Assembly (NCBI GenBank): GCA_037142115.1
Contig: JBAXBG010000001.1
Coordinates: 931 to 64,930 of the forward strand
Origin: Verrucomicrobiota bacterium
GTDB taxonomy: Bacteria; Verrucomicrobiota; Verrucomicrobiia; Verrucomicrobiales; Akkermansiaceae
Reading direction: 5' to 3'
Length of the DNA stretch: 64,000 bases
The translations under genes and the position numbers were made by a program. Under the pieces are notes generated by a model. It saw nothing but the letters and a program-made list of their open reading frames with translations, had not been told where the DNA came from and ran no database searches. This document shows positions 8,149 through 17,681 of the stretch, piece after piece (positions within the stretch are counted from its first letter, which is position 1; every line of letters starts with the position of its first letter).

Positions 8149-11100
8149 ATGAAACCCAAAACTCCATTCCGACTTCATTCGGCTCGCGCCGCATCCCTCG
8201 TCTGCGGCGCGCTGTTCACTCATTTCGCCGCGCCCGCCGCGGTCGCTGTGACTTCTTCTTATTACTGGGATAACGACGGGATCACCGCCGGTTTCGGCAC
8301 TGCGGCCGGAACCTGGGCGGCAACGACTACCGGCGACTCCACTCAGGGCTGGAGCACGAGCACCACCGGCGGAGCGATCCCGAGTAGCGTCACCACCGCT
8401 ACTGGCGACGCGCTCAACTTCGGCAATGGCGCTACCGGCTTGGCCGCAGGCACCGTCGCGGTCGGCACGGTCTCTGCCGGCAATATTACTTTTGCGTCAG
8501 GCTCGGGTGCCATCGCGCTTTCAGGGGGCACCATCACCCTGGCGGCGGCCGAAACCATCACCGTCAACAACGCCGCCGACAGCATCAGTGCCGCCCTCGC
8601 CGGCGCGGCCACCAGCCTGACCAAGGCGGGCGCTGGCACGCTGAACCTTTCCGGGTCTAACATCTACAGCGGGCCGACCACCGTGACCGGCGGAACCTTA
8701 ACCGCCACTGCGCCGGGCGCCCTGCCGAACTACAGTTCCGCCGCCAAGGTGATCTTCAGCGGCGGCACCGTCGGCCTGCAGGTCGGCGGCAGTGGCTGGA
8801 CCACGACGCAGGTGGACACCCTCCTGGCCAACGCCACCAAGACCAGCGGCGCCTTGGGGATCGACACGACCAACGGCGACCTCACCCAATGGACCGCCTT
8901 CACCACCGGCAACCTGGGTCCCCTGGGACTGACCAAGCTCGGAGCCGGCACCCTCACACTCAACCAGGCCAACACCTACACCGGCACCACCACGATCAAC
9001 CAGGGCACGCTCGACCTGGGCGGATTCAGTCCGACAACGGGCGGCCTTGCGATGTCGGGTGCCACCGGCACTGCCACGGGCAGCGTCACCAACGGCTCGC
9101 TCACGGTGACTGGCGGAAATCTGCTAGTGCAGCCCGTGGGCGGTGCCGCGGTGACGTCCACCCTCGATCTGGCGGGGCTTGCCAGCTTCACTTATAACAA
9201 CTCTAGCGGGAATATCCAGTTGGGTGGCACCGCGGTCAACGCGATCCAAGGTGGCAACCTGAAGCTGTCCACCACCACCAATGCGATCACCGCCAACTCG
9301 GTGGTCGTCGGCTATCAGGCGGCCACTTCCCCCTCGGTTCACACGGCAACCCTGACCCTGGGCGCGTCCAACACGATCTATACCACGACCCTCAGCGTCG
9401 GGGGCGTTCAGCGAGCCAATGGCAGCGTCGCCTTTGCCACCGGGCTGAGCGTGCCAGGCGGGCCGACCCTTACCTTGAGGGGAATCGCAGGTGGCCTGAC
9501 CCCGGCGACGATCAACATTACCAACAATACTGCGGGCCTCAACGCCGCCTCCTCTTCTATGGACCTCCGCGGGGGCACCGTCGATATTCTGGCCGACAAC
9601 CTGACCCTCGGCAGTTATACGCCCTCCTCGGGCAGCGCCAACACCACGGGCAGTCTGCTGTTTACTCCAGGCACCATCAATGTCGCCACGGCCATCGTGC
9701 TGTCCAAGCGCAGTGGCGCATCCGCTGGCGGCACCACGACGGGAAGGATCACCCAAGGTGGCGGCACGATGAAAGTGCCGACCCTGACTCTGGGTGACAA
9801 CGCCGCCACGCTCACATCAGGCACGGCCACCACCACGGCGGAGTATATCCTTGGTGGCGGGTCGTTGTATGCCACCACGATCCAGGCCGGCACCAACACC
9901 ATCGATGGCGCGGCTTCGGCGCGAACCATCACATTCAACGCCGGCACAATCCACAACTACGACGCCACCACCGATCTGACTATCAACGGCGTGGCGAGTG
10001 GCAACGGCCCGCTTGGAATCGTCCTGGCCAGCACCGGCACCCACACCTTCTCCGTCGATACACTCCGCACCATCACCGTGTACCCGAATGTCGTCATCTC
10101 CGGCGCGGGCGGCACGCTGGTGAAAGCGGGAACCGGCACACTGGTCCTTGCCACTCCCGGCAACAGCTATGACGGCGGCACCACCCTCTCCGGCGGAATC
10201 CTACAGGCGAATGCTTCCGGCACCCTGGGCAGCGGGGCGGTCGCCCTCACCGGCGGTGGCGTGCGCCTCGGCCTGGGCGATGGCGTCACGCTCGCCAATA
10301 ACATCACCATCAGCTCCGCCACCGGAACCGCCGGACAGGGATTGATTGAAGGCCCGGCCGGCGCGGCCGGCTCGGCCACCCTAACTGGACCTATCGCCAT
10401 CAGCAGCGCGTTGACCGGCGGCGGTCACTTTGCCAATCGCAGCACATCGGGCACCGGCACCTTCAACATCCAGGGCGCCATCACCTCGTCCGTGGCCGTC
10501 GTCCACCGCACCGGAACCGTCACCTACTCGGGCGGTGGCTCGTATGCGGATTTCCAGGTGACCGGCACCGCGGCTTTGGGTGCCGCCAATGGCCTCGCCG
10601 CCAATGCGGTGGTCACCCTGGGTGCCAGCGCCGCAGGCACCCTCGACCTCGCCGGCTACAGTCAAACCCTGGCAGGAATCGCCAAGGGTGCCAACGCCGC
10701 CACCATTGGCAACAGCTCGACCACCGCGGACGCGCTGCTCACCACCACCGGCACCTCAACCTATGCGGGCGTCATTAAGGACGCGCTGGGCGCCGGGACC
10801 AGGAAACTGGCCCTAACCGTCAGCGGCGGCACGCTGACCCTCGCCGGCGCGAACACCTACACCGGCGCGACGATTGTTAGCGCAGGCACGCTCGCGCTTG
10901 CCGCCGGCAGCGAGGCGTCGCCGGTCACTGTTCACAGCGCGGCAGCACTCGGCTTCACGGTCGGGTCACCTGTCACTTCAACCAGCTCTCTCACCCTGGA
11001 TACAGGGGCGAAAATCAACATCACAGGCGCGCCCTCGTCACCTGCCAGTTACACCTTGATGACGGCGGCGGGCGGCATTGCCGGCACGCCCGTGCTGGAG

Positions 11101-11589
11101 ACCTCCATCGCCGGCTACTCCCTTGCGCTGGAAAGCGGCAACACGGTGCTCAAACTCAACTACACGGGCGGCGCGGCCGACTACGCCTCCTGGGCCAGCG
11201 CTCACAGCATAGCCGGGGAACCCGCCGCCGGGGACTTCGACCACGATGGGCTGGGCAACGCCGCGGAAAACGTTCTAGGCTCCAATCCCGCGCTGGCCAA
11301 CACCGGCCTCACCGCCGTCTCCGCCACCGCCGGCGTCTTCAAATTCCGCCACAGTCAATCCAACACCATCGCGCCCGATGTGACCAAATCCTATCAATGG
11401 TCGACCGATCTCGCGGAATGGAAAGCCAGCGGCCTGAGCAATGCCGGCGGCACCAGCGCCACCATCACCGAGGCCACCCTCATCGACAACGCCGCGCCTG
11501 ACAACGACCTGATCGAGGTCACCATCACCGTCACCGGCGGCCCCGCCACCAAGGTCTTCGGCCGGCTCATCGCCACCCAGGCCCCCTGA
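8149..11589 (+). CDS. autotransporter-associated beta-strand repeat (PATR) surface protein
   Basis: Signal peptide (MKPKTPFRLHSARAASLVCGALFTHFAAPAAVA). Many G-(A/S)-G-T-L-x-L-x-G-x-N-T-Y-(T/S)-G repeats. C-terminal DFDHDGLGNAAENVLGSNP module. The ATG at 8149 is preferred over the TTG at 8128. Confidence 0.9.
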   Translation: MKPKTPFRLHSARAASLVCGALFTHFAAPAAVAVTSSYYWDNDGITAGFGTAAGTWAATTTGDSTQGWSTSTTGGAIPSSVTTATGDALNFGNGATGLAAGTVAVGTVSAGNITFASGSGAIALSGGTITLAAAETITVNNAADSISAALAGAATSLTKAGAGTLNLSGSNIYSGPTTVTGGTLTATAPGALPNYSSAAKVIFSGGTVGLQVGGSGWTTTQVDTLLANATKTSGALGIDTTNGDLTQWTAFTTGNLGPLGLTKLGAGTLTLNQANTYTGTTTINQGTLDLGGFSPTTGGLAMSGATGTATGSVTNGSLTVTGGNLLVQPVGGAAVTSTLDLAGLASFTYNNSSGNIQLGGTAVNAIQGGNLKLSTTTNAITANSVVVGYQAATSPSVHTATLTLGASNTIYTTTLSVGGVQRANGSVAFATGLSVPGGPTLTLRGIAGGLTPATINITNNTAGLNAASSSMDLRGGTVDILADNLTLGSYTPSSGSANTTGSLLFTPGTINVATAIVLSKRSGASAGGTTTGRITQGGGTMKVPTLTLGDNAATLTSGTATTTAEYILGGGSLYATTIQAGTNTIDGAASARTITFNAGTIHNYDATTDLTINGVASGNGPLGIVLASTGTHTFSVDTLRTITVYPNVVISGAGGTLVKAGTGTLVLATPGNSYDGGTTLSGGILQANASGTLGSGAVALTGGGVRLGLGDGVTLANNITISSATGTAGQGLIEGPAGAAGSATLTGPIAISSALTGGGHFANRSTSGTGTFNIQGAITSSVAVVHRTGTVTYSGGGSYADFQVTGTAALGAANGLAANAVVTLGASAAGTLDLAGYSQTLAGIAKGANAATIGNSSTTADALLTTTGTSTYAGVIKDALGAGTRKLALTVSGGTLTLAGANTYTGATIVSAGTLALAAGSEASPVTVHSAAALGFTVGSPVTSTSSLTLDTGAKINITGAPSSPASYTLMTAAGGIAGTPVLETSIAGYSLALESGNTVLKLNYTGGAADYASWASAHSIAGEPAAGDFDHDGLGNAAENVLGSNPALANTGLTAVSATAGVFKFRHSQSNTIAPDVTKSYQWSTDLAEWKASGLSNAGGTSATITEATLIDNAAPDNDLIEVTITVTGGPATKVFGRLIATQAP

Positions 11590-11625
11590 CTCTAACATTA
11601 TCGAATCCGTCTTTTTTCCCACATC

Positions 11626-14232
11626 ATGAAAAACTCCCGTTGTCACCTTTTCTCCGGATTCGCTCTGGCGGCGATCGCGCTGGCACCCGCGGCCGACGCT
11701 GCCAACCGCATCTGGGCCGCCTCGACCAACACCACCTGGAACACCAGCACCGCCAACTGGAGCGGGACGGCCTTTGCCAATGGTGACACCGCGATTTTCA
11801 GCGCCGCCACTGGCAACAGCGCCCTGACCCTGGGATCCAGCGTCACCGCGCTCAATCTCCGCTCCAACGGCGCGACCACGCCGGCCACCACCACCCTCAC
11901 CGGCGCGGCGGGGTTCACCCTGTCGCTCGGCAGCGCCACCGCCGGCTCCGGCAATCTCACCGCCCTCAATGGCACCAGTGCTTATGAACAGAACCTGACC
12001 TACAACATGGTGGGTGCCGGCAGCGGCTTCGCGCTGGTGGCGGGCAGCGGCACCACCGCCACCCCGACGATCTGGAACATCGCCAGCGGCAAAACCTTTG
12101 CCGTCAATGCCGGCAGCGCCGGGCAAATCGCCGATCTCAATGGCAACACCGTCAACCTAACAGGCACGGGCACGGTGAACTTCAACAGCGGCACCACGCT
12201 GAAAAGCACCGGCGCCACCGGCACATTCAATGTGAATGCGGGCACCTTGTCTCTCACCGGCGGAACAAACCGTGTCACCACCATCGACAGCAGCATCACG
12301 GTCAACGTGGCGGCGAGCGGCACACTCACTCTGGCGGTGAATAGCGGCGCGGGATCGACTTTTTCCCAGGCTACGAATCTGAACGGGGGCACTCTAACGA
12401 ACTCGAATGTGCAGGACCTTGTTCTTGCCGGCACGGTCACCCTGGGCGCAGGCACCACCAGCACCTTGACCTTTCAGACCACCGGCAACAACACGATCAA
12501 TGCCCTTGCGGGTTCCGGCAATGCCACCCTCACGCAGGGCGTGCTGGTTCTCACTAACGCCAACTCCCTGTCCGGCGGGACCATCACGAACACAGGAGGC
12601 ACCTTGCAGCTCGGCAATGCCACCGCACTCGGCACCGATAGTTTGGCTCTCAATGGCGGCACCCTGTCATCCAGCAGCACCACCGGCTACTCCCTGGGCA
12701 ATGCCCTGAGCCTCGGTGGCGACGTCACCTTGGGAAGTGCCACCAACACCGGCAAGATCACTTTTTCCAGCACGACCAACCTCGGCGGTGCGACCCGCAC
12801 CCTGACGGTGGCTTCGACAGTGGAATTGTCAGGGGTTGTGTCCAACGGCTCCATCACCAAAGCCGGCGCCGGCAGCCTGATTCTGTCCAATGTCGGCAAC
12901 AGCATGACTGGCGGTACCTCGATCTCGGGCGGCGTCATCCAGGTGAACGCCACCGGCGCCATGGGCTCGGGAACAATCACCTTCAATACCGGTGCCCAGC
13001 ACCTCAGAGTTGCCGGCGGAGTCACCGTGGCCAATGACATTACGATCACCGGTGCCACCGGGGTCAGCGGCGGAGGGTTACTCGAATCGACGGCAGCCTC
13101 GGGTGGAACCGCCACCCTCAACGGCACGATCACGATCAACAGCGCCCCAACCAACGGCGGCCATTTCGCTAACACCGTGCTAGGCAGCACCTTCAACATC
13201 AAGGGGGCCATCAACTCGTCCTCCATCCCGATCACCCAACGCGCCGGAACCGTCACCTACTGGGGCGGCGGCTCGTATGCGTCAATGGGTGTGAACGGCA
13301 CGGCCAAGCTGGGTGCCACCAACGGACTGGCAACCAACGCCATGGTGACCCTCGGCTATGTCAGCGATATCACCCAGCAGGACAGCCTCGACCTAGCCGG
13401 CTACAATCAAACCCTGGCAGGAATCACCCAGGGTTACAACGCCAGCACCATCGGCAACAGTTCCACCACCGCGGACTCCGTGCTCACCACCACCGGCACC
13501 TCGGCGTATGCGGGTGTGATTCAGGATTCGCTGGGCACCGGCACCAGGAAGGTGGCGCTAACTGTCAACGGCGGCGCACTCACGCTCTCCGGCGCGAACA
13601 CCTACAGCGGCGCGACCCTCATCAGCGGCGGCACGCTCAAACTAGACGCCGCCGGCACCATCAACAACACCAGCGAGGTGTCGCTGGGCACCGTCGGCAC
13701 CTTCGATGTCTCCGCCAAGGGCCTGGGCTACACGGTCGGCACCCTCAAGGGTTCCGGCAACGTGACCGGCGCATTGACCGTCTCCACCCAACTCGCGATC
13801 GGCAATTCACCCGGCACCATCAGCTTCAGCAGCGGACTCACGCTGGATTCGGCCACCTATGCCTATGAAATGACTGGCGGAATGTCACCCGGCGCGGGCT
13901 CCGCTGATCTGGCTAACATCACCGGGGCACTCACGATCACCGCAGGCTCGATTCTCGACCTCGTCGAACTCGGCCACTACACGCCAGGCAACAAGTTTAC
14001 CTTGTTCGGCTACACCACGGGCATCACCGGAACCTTCGACGGACTGGCCAACAACGCCATCTTCTTCGATGACCTGGCCAACCCGTGGAAGATCCAATAC
14101 GCTGACGGAGCTGCCGGCACCAACGGCGGCACCGGCACCAATTTCGTCACCATCACCGCCGTGCCTGAACCGGAGCCGGCGGCCGTGCTTGGCGGCCTCG
14201 GACTGCTGGCGCTGCTGCGCCGGCGGCGCTGA
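11626..14232 (+). CDS. PATR repeat surface protein with a C-terminal PEP-CTERM sorting signal
   Basis: Signal peptide, repeated GTLxLxGxNTYSG units, and a terminal VPEPEPAAVLGGLGLLALLRRRR. Confidence 0.9.
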   Translation: MKNSRCHLFSGFALAAIALAPAADAANRIWAASTNTTWNTSTANWSGTAFANGDTAIFSAATGNSALTLGSSVTALNLRSNGATTPATTTLTGAAGFTLSLGSATAGSGNLTALNGTSAYEQNLTYNMVGAGSGFALVAGSGTTATPTIWNIASGKTFAVNAGSAGQIADLNGNTVNLTGTGTVNFNSGTTLKSTGATGTFNVNAGTLSLTGGTNRVTTIDSSITVNVAASGTLTLAVNSGAGSTFSQATNLNGGTLTNSNVQDLVLAGTVTLGAGTTSTLTFQTTGNNTINALAGSGNATLTQGVLVLTNANSLSGGTITNTGGTLQLGNATALGTDSLALNGGTLSSSSTTGYSLGNALSLGGDVTLGSATNTGKITFSSTTNLGGATRTLTVASTVELSGVVSNGSITKAGAGSLILSNVGNSMTGGTSISGGVIQVNATGAMGSGTITFNTGAQHLRVAGGVTVANDITITGATGVSGGGLLESTAASGGTATLNGTITINSAPTNGGHFANTVLGSTFNIKGAINSSSIPITQRAGTVTYWGGGSYASMGVNGTAKLGATNGLATNAMVTLGYVSDITQQDSLDLAGYNQTLAGITQGYNASTIGNSSTTADSVLTTTGTSAYAGVIQDSLGTGTRKVALTVNGGALTLSGANTYSGATLISGGTLKLDAAGTINNTSEVSLGTVGTFDVSAKGLGYTVGTLKGSGNVTGALTVSTQLAIGNSPGTISFSSGLTLDSATYAYEMTGGMSPGAGSADLANITGALTITAGSILDLVELGHYTPGNKFTLFGYTTGITGTFDGLANNAIFFDDLANPWKIQYADGAAGTNGGTGTNFVTITAVPEPEPAAVLGGLGLLALLRRRR
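14161..14229 (+). other. PEP-CTERM sorting motif (protein terminus)
   Basis: VPEP + hydrophobic helix + RRRR immediately before the stop codon. Confidence 0.85.
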
Positions 14233-14342
14233 GAGGCCTGGGAGAGGGGATCATGCCACTTGCAGCAAATGACGAGACTCTGTGAAAACCGACGGAGCGG
14301 TGGCGAAGTGATGATTCTCACACCCACCCATTCACCTAACGA

Positions 14343-15845
14343 ATGATTCATTCTCCACACAATCTAACCGGCGCGATGACCCGCGCCTGGCTGGTCCTCG
14401 CCGGGTGCGTGATCTGGGCCACGCCTGTCGCCCTCGCCATGCCGCAAGTGGTGACCCACGCCATCCCGGTCGGGGAGGTGACCATGGGCAACTACTGGGT
14501 CACGGTCAACGGCCAGGACGTGCCCGTGCATCGCGCGATCCAGAACGACTCGCGCGTCAACGACGACGGCTGGGACCTCGATTACGGCGACTACGGGTTC
14601 GTGTCGTTTGACTTCTCCGGCGGCCCGGTGGAACTGCGGATCGTGTCGCGCACCACCCTCGACCAAGCCGTCATCCGACCGCTGACCCAGGGCGTGAAGC
14701 CTGAGTTTCCCAAACCCGACACGGCGCTGATCCGCATCGACAAGCCCGGCCAATACAGCTTTGAGCCCAATGGACCCTACAGTCCGCTGCTGATCTTCGC
14801 CAACGCCCCGGAGCCGCCCGCCCCCAAGGAGGGTGATCCGGGAGTCGTCTATTTCGGCCCGGGCCTGCACCGCCCGCCAGGAGGGATCATCCGCCTAACC
14901 GACAACCAAACCCTGTACCTGCACGGCGGGGCGGTGGTCCAGGCGGGCCTGCGCATCGATGGGCGCAACATCAAGGTCCGCGGGCGCGGCATCCTGGATG
15001 GCTCGCCGTGGACCTGGCGCAAGGGACCGCTGGTGGAGGACTGGTCGAAGCGCGACGCGAAGGGCCGCGTCATCGAGCGCGGCCACATGAATGCCATTCA
15101 AGACAGCTATGATGTGAGCATCAAGGACATCACCGTGCGCGGTGCCTGGCAGTGGACGTTCTATCTGGAAAACAGCGAGAAGGTTTCGTTCGACAACGTC
15201 AAGATCGTCGGCGGCAAGAATCACAACGACGACGGCATCGATCCCACCAACAGCCGCAACATCACCGTGCGCAACTGCTTCATCCGCACTGCCGATGACT
15301 GCTTCGCCCTCAAGGGCCATAACTTCAAGGACGGCCCGGTGGAGCATCTGCTCGTCGAGAACTGCGTGCTGTGGACCGAGGCCCAGCGCATCGCCCTGCT
15401 CGGACACGAATCGAGCGCCCCGGCGATGCGCGACATCGTCTTCCGCGACATCGACGTCATCCACTTCGGGCCCAACATCGGGTTTTGCCTGCAACCCGGC
15501 GAGGAGATGATGCTAGAGGACGTCCTGTTCGAGAACATCCGGATCCATGCCGACGGTTATGTGGGCAGGACCAATCCCGCGCATGTCATCGACGTCGCGC
15601 CGGTGGTCAACAAGTTCATGCAACGCAAGGTTCCCGGCCACGTGCGCGCGATCACCTTCCGCAACATCTCGGTGACCGGCCCCGAGAAACGCAAGCGTGA
15701 GATCCGCATCGCGGGGGTGGACCAAGCCCACGCCAGCTGTAACATCACCCTGGAGAACGTCTCGATCTTCGGTGTGCCGGCCACGCGGGATGCTCCATTT
15801 GTCGATGTCGGACCCAATACCTCCAGCATCTCCTTCAAACGATGA
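14343..15845 (+). CDS. GH28-like right-handed beta-helix glycoside hydrolase
   Basis: NHNDDGIDPTNSRNITVRNCFIRTADDCFALKG resembles the GH28 NTDGID/DD catalytic region. Signal peptide after M12, so an alternative start is 14376. Confidence 0.8.
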   Translation: MIHSPHNLTGAMTRAWLVLAGCVIWATPVALAMPQVVTHAIPVGEVTMGNYWVTVNGQDVPVHRAIQNDSRVNDDGWDLDYGDYGFVSFDFSGGPVELRIVSRTTLDQAVIRPLTQGVKPEFPKPDTALIRIDKPGQYSFEPNGPYSPLLIFANAPEPPAPKEGDPGVVYFGPGLHRPPGGIIRLTDNQTLYLHGGAVVQAGLRIDGRNIKVRGRGILDGSPWTWRKGPLVEDWSKRDAKGRVIERGHMNAIQDSYDVSIKDITVRGAWQWTFYLENSEKVSFDNVKIVGGKNHNDDGIDPTNSRNITVRNCFIRTADDCFALKGHNFKDGPVEHLLVENCVLWTEAQRIALLGHESSAPAMRDIVFRDIDVIHFGPNIGFCLQPGEEMMLEDVLFENIRIHADGYVGRTNPAHVIDVAPVVNKFMQRKVPGHVRAITFRNISVTGPEKRKREIRIAGVDQAHASCNITLENVSIFGVPATRDAPFVDVGPNTSSISFKR

Positions 15846-16990
15846 AACCCGTCATGAAACCCACAACCACAATGCAGCTGAAAATTCGCCTCTGCGCCGC
15901 GCTGCTCTGCCTGATCGCGCCACTCCACGGCGCCGAGCGCTGGTCCGCGGCCAAAGCCAACGCGTGGTATGGAGCCGGCGCATGGCCGGTTGGAGCGAAC
16001 TTCGTGCCATCCACCGCGATCAACCCGCTGGAGATGTGGCAGGCCGACACCTTCGACCCCAAGACCATCGACCGCGAGCTCGGCTGGGCGGCGGCCATCG
16101 GCATGAACACCATGCGCGTGTTCCTCCACGACATCCCGTGGAAGACCGATCCGGCTGGATTCTGCCAGCGCATTGACCGCTATCTGGAGATTGCCGACAA
16201 ACACGGCATCCGCACGATGTTTGTCATCTTCGACGGAGTGTGGAATCCATACCCCAAAGCCGGCAAGCAACCCGAGCCACGGCCGCGCGTTCACAATTCC
16301 GGCTGGGTCCAGTCGCCCGGCAAGGAGATCCTCGGCGACCCCACCCGCCACGACGAACTCAAGCCTTACGTCCAGGGCATCCTGCGCCGCTATCAGAACG
16401 ATAAGCGGGTGCTGGTCTGGGACCTCTTCAACGAGCCGGACAACCCCAACGCCGGACAATTCGGCGGCGGCAGCGAGCAACCGGACCTCGCGCCCGCGAC
16501 CAAGCTGCAGCGCGCCGCCGACCTGTTGGAAAAGACCTTCGCCTGGGCCCGCGAGATCAACCCGTCGCAACCTCTCACCGCCGGCGTCTGGGGCGAACCC
16601 AGCTGGCTGGCCGTGCCCGACCGGATCGAAAAAATCTCGCTGGAGCAATCCGACGTGATTTCGTTCCACACCTACGACGGCCCTGGGAAAACCGGCCAGA
16701 TGGTGGTGGGGCTGGCCAAATACGGGCGGCCGATCCTCTGCAGCGAATACATGGCCCGCGGCAACGGCTCGACCTTCGAGGGGATCCTGCCGGTCTTTAA
16801 AAAATACCGGGTGGCCGCCTACAACTGGGGCCTGGTCGACGGCAAGACCCAGACGATCTATCCGTGGGATTCCTGGAAGAAAACATACACTGCCGAACCC
16901 CCGCTCTGGTTCCATGACGTCCTCCGTGCGGATGGCACCGCCTATTCATCAGATGAAATCACCTTCATCCGCCAATGCACTTTGAAATAA
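15842..16990 (+). CDS. clan GH-A (GH5-like) glycoside hydrolase
   Basis: Signal peptide. TIM-barrel pattern NTMRVFLHD...VLVWDLFNEPDN (NEP acid/base motif). The start overlaps the upstream stop (ATGA). Confidence 0.8.
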   Translation: MKPVMKPTTTMQLKIRLCAALLCLIAPLHGAERWSAAKANAWYGAGAWPVGANFVPSTAINPLEMWQADTFDPKTIDRELGWAAAIGMNTMRVFLHDIPWKTDPAGFCQRIDRYLEIADKHGIRTMFVIFDGVWNPYPKAGKQPEPRPRVHNSGWVQSPGKEILGDPTRHDELKPYVQGILRRYQNDKRVLVWDLFNEPDNPNAGQFGGGSEQPDLAPATKLQRAADLLEKTFAWAREINPSQPLTAGVWGEPSWLAVPDRIEKISLEQSDVISFHTYDGPGKTGQMVVGLAKYGRPILCSEYMARGNGSTFEGILPVFKKYRVAAYNWGLVDGKTQTIYPWDSWKKTYTAEPPLWFHDVLRADGTAYSSDEITFIRQCTLK

Positions 16991-16997
16991 CTTCGCT

Positions 16998-17681
16998 GTG
17001 AAAATGCCTGTTCAAATTCCAATCAAAAACAACCACGGGGGGTTCACTCTCGTCGAGTTGCTCGTGGTCCTTGCCATCATCGGCGCTTTAGCGGCACTGC
17101 TTTTCCCAGTGCTTGGCAGGATGCGCGATTCCGCCGACACCGCCAAGTGCACCTCGAACCTCCGCCAAATCGGCATCGCCCACAACCTCTACACGGCGGA
17201 ACACGACACCTTGCCGGGGCCTCTTTATCTGGGCCAAAGCGCCGGGTACAGCCAATACACCGACCTCGGCAGTCTCGCGTGTTTCCTCGCTCCGCACCTT
17301 GGACTGACAAGCGCAACCCAGCAATATCAGTGCGCCGATGTCTTTGTTTGCCCCGCCTGGAAACGCAAGGCATCGCCGGCGTTGCGCGCCGCCACCAATC
17401 CCGGCCCGACCTACTGCCGCTTCTGGGATGCCGAAGCCGCCGCCAAGATCAGTGCCGACCCTTGGGGCCGAAAGGGCTACAACCTGCCCAAGAAGCTCAG
17501 CGTCATGGACAATCCCGCCCGTACCCTGATGTTGGTGGACATTGACCGGGAGCTTCCTGCCGCCAGCGGCGCAGGGTGGTTTGCCTCCCTCCCCCCGTCA
17601 CCCGTTCACGGCCACAACCGCAACGCCCTTTACCTCGATGGCCACACCCAATCCCTGCCCTCTGTCACCGAGCGGCCTTGA
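16998..17681 (+). CDS. prepilin-type N-terminal cleavage/methylation domain protein (H-X9-DG class)
   Basis: GGFTLVELLVVLAIIG prepilin signal. C-terminal HGHNRNALYLDGH motif. An ATG at 17004 is an alternative start. Confidence 0.9.
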   Translation: MKMPVQIPIKNNHGGFTLVELLVVLAIIGALAALLFPVLGRMRDSADTAKCTSNLRQIGIAHNLYTAEHDTLPGPLYLGQSAGYSQYTDLGSLACFLAPHLGLTSATQQYQCADVFVCPAWKRKASPALRAATNPGPTYCRFWDAEAAAKISADPWGRKGYNLPKKLSVMDNPARTLMLVDIDRELPAASGAGWFASLPPSPVHGHNRNALYLDGHTQSLPSVTERP

